DNA of 64,000 nucleotides from Candidatus Latescibacterota bacterium (GTDB lineage Bacteria; Latescibacterota; UBA2968; UBA8231), in NCBI GenBank assembly GCA_963422735.1, contig OY730476.1:608001-672000 (forward strand), given 5' to 3'. The number at the start of each line of letters is the position of its first letter. Position 1 is the first letter of the stretch. The notes under the pieces are model-generated. The model worked only from the letters and a program-made list of their open reading frames with translations, made no database searches and was not told the origin of the DNA. Positions 13,450 to 22,764 of the stretch are shown here, piece after piece. A program made the translations under genes and the position numbers.

Positions 13450-14645
13450 TGAGCGCATTGTACGCGCCCGAATGCCTTTTGGCGTTCTGTGCGCTGGCCT
13501 ACTTGCTCGGGGCTTGTTGGTTCGTCGCCGGGATGCGCCGCCGTCCCGGCAATGCTAATATCGAGCGCGTCCCCTTGGCCTCGGTCGTCGTCGCCGCCCG
13601 CGACGAAGCCGCGCACATCGCCTGCTGTCTGCGCGCCCTGCTGGCGCAGGATTATCCCCCAGAGCGCTGCGAAATCATCGTCGTTGACGACGGCTCTACC
13701 GACGGCACTGGCCGCATCGTGCGCGAGTTTAGCGGGGAGACTACGTCCGTGCGCGTGCTGCGAACCAAAGGGTCAAGTTCTAAGAAGGCCGCGCTCAGCT
13801 TAGGGATTGCCGAAGCGCGGGGGGAGGTGATTCTCACCACGGATGCCGACTGCCAGGTCGCGCCGGGATGGATCAGCGGCATGTTGTCGCACTTTGCCGA
13901 CGGGGTGGGCATGGTCATCGGCTTTTCGCAGATTGGTTCGCCGTCCGAGATCAAGGGGTGGCGCCAGGGATATGAGGCCGTTGACTTCACCTGTTTGATG
14001 GCTTGTATCTGGGGCAGTGCCGGATGGGGCCACCCCATGGCGGCCTCCGGGCAGAATTTGGCCTTTTTGCGGGAGGCATTTTTCGACGTTGGCGGCTATG
14101 AAAAAGTCATGCATCGGGCTTCTGGAGACGATGTGCTGCTCATGCAGACCATGCGCCGCTCAGGCCGGTGGTCCATTGTTTTTGCCAATCAGCCTGCGAC
14201 CTTTGTGCGGCACCCGGTGGCCGGGTCTTGGGGCGGATTATTCGGCCAGCGCAGCCGCTGGGCCTCCAATGCCCCGATCCTCGCCCGCTTAGATCCGCTC
14301 TTTTTCGGCTACATGCTGCTCACCTACGTTTTGAGCTGGGCGACGCTCATGGCCCCCTTGCTGTGCTTGACTGGTGCGCTGGATCCCCTGTGGACCTTGG
14401 GCGCGATGTGGGCGAAGGTGTGGGCCGAGTGGGGTATATTTAACGGCGGAATCGTGCTAGCAGGTCGGCGCGAGTTGCGCCGCTATTTTCCTCTTTGGGC
14501 CTTGTTGCAGCCCCTGCACGTAGTTTTGGTCGGTAGCTTGGGATGCTTGGGGATTTTTCGCTGGAAGGGCCGCGTCCACCTGTGGGGCCGGCGCGTGCGC
14601 GGGGCCGGCACCGGCGTCGGGCTATCCGAGCCGTCCCGGCGCTGA
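13449..14645 (+). CDS. GT2 family glycosyltransferase (paralogue of 11256)
   Basis: SVVVAARDE, VDDGSTD.T, TTDADC, SGDD, QRSRW; ATG overlaps upstream TAA. Confidence 0.9.
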   Translation: MSALYAPECLLAFCALAYLLGACWFVAGMRRRPGNANIERVPLASVVVAARDEAAHIACCLRALLAQDYPPERCEIIVVDDGSTDGTGRIVREFSGETTSVRVLRTKGSSSKKAALSLGIAEARGEVILTTDADCQVAPGWISGMLSHFADGVGMVIGFSQIGSPSEIKGWRQGYEAVDFTCLMACIWGSAGWGHPMAASGQNLAFLREAFFDVGGYEKVMHRASGDDVLLMQTMRRSGRWSIVFANQPATFVRHPVAGSWGGLFGQRSRWASNAPILARLDPLFFGYMLLTYVLSWATLMAPLLCLTGALDPLWTLGAMWAKVWAEWGIFNGGIVLAGRRELRRYFPLWALLQPLHVVLVGSLGCLGIFRWKGRVHLWGRRVRGAGTGVGLSEPSRR

Positions 14646-14660
14646 AGAACGAGGCCCGAG

Positions 14661-15311
14661 GTGGGGAAGCGCGAAGTCGAGCGGGCACAGATCGTCTGTA
14701 GAGAATTAAAGAGGACCATTCCCCAAGCGAGAGTGGAACTCAACTACGACAATGCCTTGGAGCTGATGGTGGCCACCGTGCTCGCGGCGCAGAGCACGGA
14801 TGTCAAGGTCAATGAAGTCACCGCAGGGCTATTCAAAAAATACCAGCGCGCAGCCGACTACGTGGCGGTGGCAGCCGAGGAACTGGAGGAGGATATTCGC
14901 CCAACCGGTTTCTACCGGCAAAAGGCCAAAAATATCCGTGCGGCCATGGCGATGCTCATCGCCGAACACGACGGCCAAGTCCCCGGGCACATGGACGCCT
15001 TGACCCGCTTGCCTGGCATTGGTCGCAAGAGTGCTAATGTCATCCTCGGCAACGTATATGGCGTACCCGGCATCGTGGTAGATACGCACGTGGGCCGGGT
15101 GAGTCAGCGCTTGGGGCTGATCCGAGAAAAAGATCCAGTCAAGGTCGAAATGGCCTTGGCGCAGCTACTGCCGGCTGAGGAATGGACGGCTTTTGGACAG
15201 CGCGTGGTTTTGCACGGCCGCTACGTGTGCAAGGCGCGCAAGCCCCTGTGCGACGAGTGCGTACTCATGCCGCATTGCGATTATTTTTCTAGCCAGATCG
15301 AGGGGACTTAG
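14661..15311 (+). CDS. nth: endonuclease III
   Basis: L.AQSTD..VN, HhH LPGIGRKSANV, VDTHV, Fe-S motif C.ARKP.C..C.....C. Confidence 0.95.
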   Translation: MGKREVERAQIVCRELKRTIPQARVELNYDNALELMVATVLAAQSTDVKVNEVTAGLFKKYQRAADYVAVAAEELEEDIRPTGFYRQKAKNIRAAMAMLIAEHDGQVPGHMDALTRLPGIGRKSANVILGNVYGVPGIVVDTHVGRVSQRLGLIREKDPVKVEMALAQLLPAEEWTAFGQRVVLHGRYVCKARKPLCDECVLMPHCDYFSSQIEGT

Positions 15312-16588
15312 CGGCGCGGTTGCGGAAGGCGTTTGAGGACGGCGGTTATTTCCGCTGGCGTCTGCGAGGCGAGCATGTCGTGGTGGGTTGTGTCGGCGTG
15401 CATCAAGGTTGCGATCTGTGCGAGGATCGGGATGTAGCTGCGGTAGTTTTGTTCCGGGGTCAACAACAGGAAGATGAAGTGTACCGGCTCAGGGGTAGGA
15501 CCTTCAAAGTCGATGCCCTGTCGGCAAATCCCCAGGCAGCCGATGATCCCGTCCAAATCGGGGATGGGCGCATGGGGGATGGCCGTGCCGTGCCCTAGCG
15601 AGGTCGATCCTTTTCGCTCGCGGTCGAGCGCGGTCTCGAGTACGGTCTGGCGTTCGCTGGCGGGGATTTGTTTTTCTTCTATTAACGCATCAACCATCTG
15701 GGCGATGGCGTCCCACTTGTCTTTGGGGGCGAGGTCCAAGCGGATGGTGTGCTCCCAGAAAATGCGACTTAGCTGCAGGTCGTTGGCCGCGGCCGAGCGG
15801 ACCATTAGCACCGAACAGGGCACCTGATAGGCGATTTCGTCCGGGATGGAGCCAGCGAGATGTTCCTCTTGACGCCAGTCGTTTGAGGCACCGAGTACGA
15901 TCAAATCGTGGTCTTGCGCCCTTTCGACGATGGCCGGGGACACATTGACGGCTGGGACTACAGTCAACGGCACCTCGATCTTCAGCAGATCTAGCTGCAA
16001 GCGCGTGTCTGCGGCTAGCTGTGCACAGTAGCGCTGGAGGATCGGGTCGGAGGTGTCGCGGGTGTCGCGGACGATGCGGAGAATTTCCAGTTCAGCACCC
16101 CAAGTTTGGGCCAGATCGTAGGCTATCTGCACGCCTACCAGCGCATGATTGCCGCCGCCGAAGGGCACGAGAATCCGGCGCACTGGCCCGCTCTTTTTTT
16201 CTTTAAAAATCAAGGTGTCGACGTCGATGGCCTTGGTCAGGGCGCGGTTGGGCGCGGATAGGATTGCGTCGCGCTCGACATTGGCATTCCAGGCCATGAG
16301 CATCATGTTGCAACTCCAGCGGCGGACAGCCCGCTGAATTCCGCTCGTCACGTCCTCGTCTTTTTCCAAATGCGCGATAGCACCGATGTCGTGGGCCATG
16401 GCCCGGTCGGCCGAAATTTGGAGTGCCTGTTTTATGTCGGGCAGAGGGGCAGCGTCGGGCGTCAGTATATGGGTCAAGTGCAGCTCGCTCCAAGGCGAAG
16501 GGGCGAGAGTCGCGGCCAAGTCGACGAGATTGTGCTCTTGGTGCGGGTTTTCGAGAGGGACCAGAATGCGAAGTTGAGCAGGTGACAT
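15308..16588 (-). CDS. tandem universal stress protein domains fused to PTS EIIA (PtsN/Fru-like) domain
   Basis: RILVPL..., RRILVPFGGG.HA, DLIVLGAS...GSIPDEIA..VPCSVLMVR; C-terminal RE..GST.LGHGTAIPHA with phospho-His. Confidence 0.85.
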   Translation of the reverse strand: MSPAQLRILVPLENPHQEHNLVDLAATLAPSPWSELHLTHILTPDAAPLPDIKQALQISADRAMAHDIGAIAHLEKDEDVTSGIQRAVRRWSCNMMLMAWNANVERDAILSAPNRALTKAIDVDTLIFKEKKSGPVRRILVPFGGGNHALVGVQIAYDLAQTWGAELEILRIVRDTRDTSDPILQRYCAQLAADTRLQLDLLKIEVPLTVVPAVNVSPAIVERAQDHDLIVLGASNDWRQEEHLAGSIPDEIAYQVPCSVLMVRSAAANDLQLSRIFWEHTIRLDLAPKDKWDAIAQMVDALIEEKQIPASERQTVLETALDRERKGSTSLGHGTAIPHAPIPDLDGIIGCLGICRQGIDFEGPTPEPVHFIFLLLTPEQNYRSYIPILAQIATLMHADTTHHDMLASQTPAEITAVLKRLPQPRR

Positions 16589-16744
16589 CTTCGTTGTAAG
16601 GCGTCAAGCCAAGGACTAGCCCGAGGTGCTATCCATTAAATATAAGACAGGCCGTCATCTTTTCCAGCCTTCTTTCTCTCCCCGGTGGGTTGCCAGCGGC
16701 GGTGCGGTGCGGTTTGTTGTTGGCAATTCAACCGGGAGGTTTGC

Positions 16745-17722
16745 GTGAGGATATTGATCACTGGCATTACCGGCCGCATTGGTGCCAACTTGGCCAAACA
16801 ACTCGTCGAGCGTGGTCACCATCTGCGCGGGCTAGTCTGGCCCCGAGATCCACGAGTGGAAAACCTCAAAAAGATGCCGGTCGAACTCGTCGAGGGGAGT
16901 TTGACCGAGCCGGCCGCAGTCGAGCAGGCGGTCGAGGGGATCGAGGTTGTCTATCACTTGGGGGCAGCCTTTCAGGGCGGTGGCCCCTTTACCGACGAGG
17001 ATTTTTTTGAGATCAACGTGCGCGGTACCTTCAACATGCTGGAAGCCGTGCGTCGAGTGAAGGGGATGGGCCAATTCCTGTTCGCCAGCTCGGACGCGAT
17101 TTACGACAAGTACGTCCCCGGCGGCATGAGTACGCCCATTGATGAACAGACGCCGCGCGTGCCCAAGGGAGCTTATGCTTTGACTAAGGCACTGGGCGAA
17201 GAATTGTGCAGCGGCTATTGGCAGGGCTACCAAGTGCCAACGACGATCCTGCGTTTCGCCATGGTGCGAGCGGCCGACGAAATTTTGCAGTTCCCGCAGT
17301 TCTACCTGAGCAAGATGAAGGAGGTACACCTAGAACTAGCCGCCCTGTGGCAGGGCGAGGAGTGCGCGGTACTGCTAAAAGACCAGAGCGACCGTCCCTT
17401 CAAAAAGCACATCGCCGATGTGCGCGACATCGTGCATGGCTGCCTCTGTGCCTTGGGCAAAGAAAGAGCGTTGGGCGAGACCTTCCAGCTAGCTGGGCCG
17501 CGCCCTTTCACTTGGGACGAGGTCAGTTACCGGCTCGCCGAATTGCGCGACATGCCCCACGTCGAAGCGGCTGTAAAGGCCACTCCCACCTTTTATGAAT
17601 TCAACCTTCGCAAGGCAGAGGACTACCTAGGGTTCAGCCCCAGTTACGACATCGTACGGATGATCGTCGATGCCCTCAACTATCAGCGCGGCGAGGATAT
17701 CGGGGTGCTGCCGCACGGCTGA
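16745..17722 (+). CDS. NAD-dependent epimerase/dehydratase (extended SDR)
   Basis: ILITGITGRIG, YHLGA, N..GT.N.LEA, ASS, YALTK; GTG start after GGGAGG. Confidence 0.88.
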   Translation: MRILITGITGRIGANLAKQLVERGHHLRGLVWPRDPRVENLKKMPVELVEGSLTEPAAVEQAVEGIEVVYHLGAAFQGGGPFTDEDFFEINVRGTFNMLEAVRRVKGMGQFLFASSDAIYDKYVPGGMSTPIDEQTPRVPKGAYALTKALGEELCSGYWQGYQVPTTILRFAMVRAADEILQFPQFYLSKMKEVHLELAALWQGEECAVLLKDQSDRPFKKHIADVRDIVHGCLCALGKERALGETFQLAGPRPFTWDEVSYRLAELRDMPHVEAAVKATPTFYEFNLRKAEDYLGFSPSYDIVRMIVDALNYQRGEDIGVLPHG

Positions 17723-17725
17723 GGC

Positions 17726-18103
17726 TCAGGTCTCGTGCGGCACTAATTCTGAGGCGATGGCGGCGAGGACGTCCTCGGTGCGAAAGGGCTTGTAAAAAAT
17801 GGGGCAACCCTTGAGAGCTTGCAGCACCTCCTGCAGGTCGTCGGATGAGCGCCTTTGGCTCGACAGGAAGGCGATGAGCTTGGTGTTGTCGAGGGAGCGA
17901 CTCGCCGAGACAAAAGGAGCGGGGTCGTCAACCTCGACGCCAAGGAGGACTAAGTCCGGGGCATTGAGTTGGTAGTAGGCGAGTCCGTCGTCTAGTTGGT
18001 TGGCGACTTCGACCTGATAGCCGGACTGCTTGAGCAGCCCAGCGAGGGTTGTACCGAATATGGTATTGCGGTCAATTATCAGGATTTTGTACAATGCAAT
18101 CAC
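17726..18103 (-). CDS. single-domain (pseudo)receiver protein
   Basis: KILIID, GYQV, PDLVLLG (Asp replaced by Gly), KPF. Confidence 0.75.
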   Translation of the reverse strand: MIALYKILIIDRNTIFGTTLAGLLKQSGYQVEVANQLDDGLAYYQLNAPDLVLLGVEVDDPAPFVSASRSLDNTKLIAFLSSQRRSSDDLQEVLQALKGCPIFYKPFRTEDVLAAIASELVPHET

Positions 18104-18186
18104 TCTGGGCGAGTTTGAGACCGGGCGAACGCTGCGGTCTCAAAAAATTAAGAGGTGCGCTAGACCTACGCAAGGCAGGGAATTGC

Positions 18187-18215
18187 TTGACAACCCCGGC
18201 GACGCCGGCTATACT
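18187..18215 (+). promoter_or_regulatory. sigma70 promoter for amidohydrolase operon
   Basis: TTGACA-17 nt-TATACT, near consensus. Confidence 0.7.
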
Positions 18216-18240
18216 GGCCGACCTAAAAAGACGGAGATTT

Positions 18241-19596
18241 ATGCGGAGCAAAGAGGAATTAAAGGTCGCTGTCTGCGCGGCCATTGATCGGCAGAGCAAG
18301 CAGATCATCGGACTCGGCGAAGCTATTATGGATCAGCCCGAATTGGGCTTTAAGGAAGAGCAGACGGCCCGCCGCGTCTGCGAAAGTTTTGCCGGTCTCG
18401 GATTGCAGTACGAGCGGGAACTGGCGCTGACCGGCGTGAAGGCCCGGCTCAAAGGGCAGCAATCAGGGCCGACGGTGGCGCTGATGGGTGAACTCGACGC
18501 ACTCATCGTGCCCGATCACCCGCGCGCCGACCCGGCAACTGGGGCGGCACACGCCTGTGGCCACAACGCCCAGATAGCCGGAATGGTAGGGGCCGCCTAT
18601 GGGCTTGTAGAGGCCGGCGTCGGCGAGGAACTGGCCGGGGAAATCGCGCTTTTCGCCGTGCCCGCAGAAGAATACGTCGAGATAGACTACCGCTTAGGAC
18701 TTGTCGAGGAAGGCAAGATCGCATTTCTCGGTGGCAAGCCCGAGTTGGTCGAATTGGGGCACTTCGACGATGTAGATATGGCCGTGATGATCCACACTAG
18801 CAGTGCGGCCCAAACCGAGGGGGCGGTGGGGATCGCCCGTTCCTCCAATGGCTTTTTGGCCAAGAACGTGCGTTTCATTGGCCGGGCCGCCCACGCCGGA
18901 GGCGCGCCAGAGAAAGGCGTCAACGCGCTCAGCGCGGCGACGCTCGCCCTCAGCGCGATTGACGCCCAGCGCGAGACTTTCCGCGACCAGGACTGCGTGC
19001 GGGTGCATCCGATCGTCACCAAGGGGGGCGATCTGGTCAATATTATCCCAGCTGAGGTGCGGCTGGAAACCTACGTTCGCGCCCGCACTTCCGAAGCGAT
19101 ACTCGATGCGTCCCACAAGGTCGATCGAGCGCTGCGGGGGGCGGCGCTTGCCCTCGGCTGCTCGGTTGAGATCGAAACGGTGCCCGGCTACCTGCCGCTG
19201 TGCAATGATTCCGACCTAGGGCAGCTTTTCAAGGACAACGCCGCGCGGATTTTTGGCCCCGATCAGTACCGGGATTACCCCCACGGCGGTGGCTCCACGG
19301 ACGCTGGCGACCTCAGTCAGATCATGCCTGTTCTGCACCCGGCCATGACCGGGGCCAGCGGCGTGATCCACGGACCCGATTGGAGCATCGCCGACCCAGC
19401 CTCTGGGTACCTCGCTCCAGCCAAGGTCTTGGCCATGATGGCTATCGACCTGCTGTACGGCGATGCGTCTGCAGCCCGAGGCATCCTTCAAACCCATGCG
19501 CCCAACATGAGCAAGGACGAATATCTCCAACGACAGAAAGCACTCTTTCACCAGGAGCTCTTCGCTGGTGATCAAACAGGGAGGAATGCAACGTGA
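18241..19596 (+). CDS. M20 family amidohydrolase
   Basis: PELGFKE, GELDAL, HACGHN, PAEE, G.AAHAG.APE.G.NAL, GSTD.GD; ATG 18241 after GGAG. Confidence 0.9.
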   Translation: MRSKEELKVAVCAAIDRQSKQIIGLGEAIMDQPELGFKEEQTARRVCESFAGLGLQYERELALTGVKARLKGQQSGPTVALMGELDALIVPDHPRADPATGAAHACGHNAQIAGMVGAAYGLVEAGVGEELAGEIALFAVPAEEYVEIDYRLGLVEEGKIAFLGGKPELVELGHFDDVDMAVMIHTSSAAQTEGAVGIARSSNGFLAKNVRFIGRAAHAGGAPEKGVNALSAATLALSAIDAQRETFRDQDCVRVHPIVTKGGDLVNIIPAEVRLETYVRARTSEAILDASHKVDRALRGAALALGCSVEIETVPGYLPLCNDSDLGQLFKDNAARIFGPDQYRDYPHGGGSTDAGDLSQIMPVLHPAMTGASGVIHGPDWSIADPASGYLAPAKVLAMMAIDLLYGDASAARGILQTHAPNMSKDEYLQRQKALFHQELFAGDQTGRNAT

Positions 19597-20357
19597 AGCT
19601 TGGCATGGTGACCTACAACTTGGGACGCGATTGGGATTTAGAGACGCTTATTGCCCATTGCGAAGAAGCTGGTTTTGCTGGAGTAGAGCTGCGAACGACG
19701 CACGCCCACGGGGTCGAAGTGGTGCTCGGTGTAGCTGAGCGAACTGAAGTCAAAAGGCGCTTTGCCGACTCGGTGGTCGAACTGGTAGGTTTGGGCAGTG
19801 CCTTTGAATACGACGCCGTCGATCCACAGGTGCTCCGAAGTCACATCGACGGGACCAAAGAATACGTGCGCTTGGCCCATGATCTCGGGGTCGGCGGAGT
19901 TAAGGTGCGCCCCAATAACGTCCATATAGATGAGGGGATCCCCATCGAGCAGACCTTGGAGCAGATCGGCATCAGCTTGCGCGAGTGCGGCGAATTCGCC
20001 AGCGGTCTAGGGGTGCAGATCCGCTTGGAGGTCCACGGCCGCATGACCTCGGATCCAGCCAATATCCGCAAGATCATCGACTACGCCGACCACGACAATG
20101 TCTTCGTCTGCTGGAACTCCAATGCAACGGACCTAGTCGATGGCTCCATCGACGGCAGTTTCGCTTCTTTGCAGGACGCCATTGCCTTGATCCACATTAC
20201 CGAATTGTGGAACGATTACCCGTGGGAGCGGCTCTTTGCCTTGCTGCGACAGAGCGGGTACGCAGGTTATTGCCTCGCCGAAATCCCCGAGAGCCCAGAG
20301 CCCCTGCGCCTGATGCGCTATTATCGAGCCTTGTGGCAGGCCCTCGCCAAAGGCTAG
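19593..20357 (+). CDS. sugar phosphate isomerase/epimerase family (xylose isomerase-like TIM barrel)
   Basis: GF.GVELR, A..LG...VKV, LEVHG, H, GY.G...E. Confidence 0.8.
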   Translation: MKLGMVTYNLGRDWDLETLIAHCEEAGFAGVELRTTHAHGVEVVLGVAERTEVKRRFADSVVELVGLGSAFEYDAVDPQVLRSHIDGTKEYVRLAHDLGVGGVKVRPNNVHIDEGIPIEQTLEQIGISLRECGEFASGLGVQIRLEVHGRMTSDPANIRKIIDYADHDNVFVCWNSNATDLVDGSIDGSFASLQDAIALIHITELWNDYPWERLFALLRQSGYAGYCLAEIPESPEPLRLMRYYRALWQALAKG

Positions 20358-20367
20358 CGAGAAGACG

Positions 20368-21219
20368 ATGTCTGAGATCGCCTATGTCAACGGTCGCTTC
20401 TGTCCACTGGCCGAAGCCGTGGTGTCGGTTGAGGACCGGGGCTATCAGTTCGCCGATGGGGCCTATGAGGTCGTTGGGACCTACGGCGGGTGCCCCTATG
20501 CCTTAGAGCCGCATTTGGTGCGTCTCCAAGGCAACCTAGAAGTGCTGCACTTGCCGTTGGATATTCGCGAGTATGGCCTTAGGGACAAGTTGATGGAGGG
20601 CATTGAGCGGAGCGGTTTTGGCGAGACCTTGGTCTATATCCAAGTCACGCGCGGGGTCGCCCCTAGGCAACACGAGTTTCCCCCTGTCCCGGTGGCCCCT
20701 ACCGTCGTAATGACGTTTAAGGAATTGCGTCGCCTGCCACAGGACCTTTACGACTGCGGCGTCGAGGTTATTAGTACCGCAGACTTGCGCTGGAAGCGCT
20801 GCGATATCAAAAGTATCGCCTTGCTGCCCAACATCTTGGCCAAACAGGCGGCGGCGCAAGTGGGGGCTTTTGAGGCGCTGCTAGTCGATGCGGAAGGACG
20901 AGTCACCGAAGGGGCTTCGACTAGTGCCTTCTGCATACAGGCGGGGCGATTGTACACCGCGCCTATTGGCCCTCATATCCTGCCGAGTATCACTAGGGGA
21001 ATTCTCCTCGACTTGGCCCGCAAGCTCGACATTCCCATCGAAGAAGAGTTTTGTACACGGGCCCAATTTAAGGCCGCCGATGAGGTCTTTCTCGCTGGTA
21101 CTGCTACCGAGGCGATGCCGGTAGTGAAGATTGATGATGCCGTCATCGGCGAGGGTACACCAGGACCAATTACGCGGCAGATCCGCGGCGCATTTCTGGA
21201 GTCGCTATATTCAACCTGA
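20368..21219 (+). CDS. class IV aminotransferase (D-amino acid aminotransferase-like)
   Basis: EDRGYQFADGAYEV, YIQVTRGVAPR.H.FP, RW.RCDIKS..LL.N, EG, IL..ITR, ADEVF. Confidence 0.88.
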   Translation: MSEIAYVNGRFCPLAEAVVSVEDRGYQFADGAYEVVGTYGGCPYALEPHLVRLQGNLEVLHLPLDIREYGLRDKLMEGIERSGFGETLVYIQVTRGVAPRQHEFPPVPVAPTVVMTFKELRRLPQDLYDCGVEVISTADLRWKRCDIKSIALLPNILAKQAAAQVGAFEALLVDAEGRVTEGASTSAFCIQAGRLYTAPIGPHILPSITRGILLDLARKLDIPIEEEFCTRAQFKAADEVFLAGTATEAMPVVKIDDAVIGEGTPGPITRQIRGAFLESLYST

Positions 21220-21258
21220 AAAAAGGGGGACGCGCCAGCCAGCGCGTCCCCCTTTTTG
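21219..21258. terminator. bidirectional rho-independent terminator
   Basis: AAAAAAGGGGGACGCG..CGCGTCCCCCTTTTT between convergent genes. Confidence 0.85.
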
Positions 21259-21276
21259 CGTTGTTGCAAGAGGTTT

Positions 21277-22692
21277 TTAATGGATGACGACCATCTTGGT
21301 TTCGGTCATTTCCTCGACTGCGTATCGAGGGCCTTCCTTGCCCATGCCGCTTTCCTTGAGGCCACCATAGGGCATCAAATCTGCCCGCCACTGAGTACCC
21401 CAGTTAATGTGGATGTTGCCCGATTCCACCTGCTGGGCAAACTGGAGGGCCCAGTTGAGGTTCTCGGTGAAAATTGCGGCGCTGAGACCATAGTTGGTGT
21501 CGTTGGCCATGGCGATGGCTTGGTCGATATCGTCGATCCGGCTGACGCCGAGTGCCGGCCCGAAAATCTCGTCGCAGGAGACCTTCATCTCCGGTGCTAC
21601 ATCGGCTAGAATGGTCGGGGCATGCATTGTGCCCTCGCGGGTCCCGCCGGTGACAATGCTAGCTCCAGACCCAACGGCTTCTTGTACCCAAGCCTCGACG
21701 CGCTCGGCGTCTTGGGCGCGGATCATTGGCCCCATCTTGACATCGTCGTCGAGGGGATTGCCGGTCGTTAAGGCTTCGACAGCGGGTTTGAGGGCATCTA
21801 TAAAATCCCCGTACACCTCGCTGCTGGCGAATACTCGCTGAGTCGAGATGCAGACTTGGCCCGCGTTGGCAAAGCCGGTATTGGCGGTGGCGGCGGCGAC
21901 CTTTTCGAGATCGGCGTCCGGCATGACAATCAGCGGGGCATTGGAGCCTAGCTCCATCGTTACTTTCTTCAGGCCGGCGACCTGACAGATGTGTTCGCCG
22001 ACATCGCGGCTGCCGGTAAAGCTGATTTTGCGGACTTTGGGATTGGAACTGATCGCGTCGCCAATGACGCTGCCTGAACCCGTGACGCATTGAATGGCTT
22101 CTTCCGGCAGGCCCGCGTCGAGAAAAATCTCGGTTAGTTTGAGTGCCGAAAGCGGGGTGTCGCTGGCGGGCTTGACGACAATTGCGTTGCCAGCGGCCAG
22201 TGCAGGGCCGACCTTATGGCAGACGAGGTTGAGGGGGAAGTTAAAGGGCGTAATGGCGGCCACCACGCCACAGGGGACCCGCAGCGTAAAGCCGAATCTA
22301 CCCGCCCCATTAGAGGCCCCGCTCAGGTCGATCGTTTCGCCAGTTAGGCGCTTAGCTTCCTCGGCTGACAGGACGATGGTCTCTTGGGCACGGGACGCCT
22401 CACCCATGCCCTCGGCGAGGATCTTGCCCTCTTCGAGGGTAATCGTGCGCCCCAAGTCGTCGAGCCGTTCTAACATTATATCTGCCGCTCGATGGATGAT
22501 CTGGTAGCGCTCATAGGCACTCATTGTGGCCATGACCTTGGCACCGCGCTCGGCCGAGTCAATGGCGCGGTCGATGTCTGCGGCATCGCCCCTTGGGACG
22601 GCGTCAATGACCGAGCCGTTATAAGGGTTGACGATGTCCATGGTCTCGGCTTTGTCAACCCATTCTCCGGCGATGTACATCTTCATGGTCAA
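21277..22692 (-). CDS. aldehyde dehydrogenase family protein
   Basis: ITPFNFP, KPA, SFTGS, MELGSN, NAGQVCIS, EIFGP, PYGG.KESG.GKEG. Confidence 0.95.
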   Translation of the reverse strand: MTMKMYIAGEWVDKAETMDIVNPYNGSVIDAVPRGDAADIDRAIDSAERGAKVMATMSAYERYQIIHRAADIMLERLDDLGRTITLEEGKILAEGMGEASRAQETIVLSAEEAKRLTGETIDLSGASNGAGRFGFTLRVPCGVVAAITPFNFPLNLVCHKVGPALAAGNAIVVKPASDTPLSALKLTEIFLDAGLPEEAIQCVTGSGSVIGDAISSNPKVRKISFTGSRDVGEHICQVAGLKKVTMELGSNAPLIVMPDADLEKVAAATANTGFANAGQVCISTQRVFASSEVYGDFIDALKPAVEALTTGNPLDDDVKMGPMIRAQDAERVEAWVQEAVGSGASIVTGGTREGTMHAPTILADVAPEMKVSCDEIFGPALGVSRIDDIDQAIAMANDTNYGLSAAIFTENLNWALQFAQQVESGNIHINWGTQWRADLMPYGGLKESGMGKEGPRYAVEEMTETKMVVIH

Positions 22693-22764
22693 ATTCCTTT
22701 TTAAGGTGGTGGTAAGCAGTCAACAAGTTAAACGTACGCTTCTACCTGTCAAGCGAGTTTAGGA

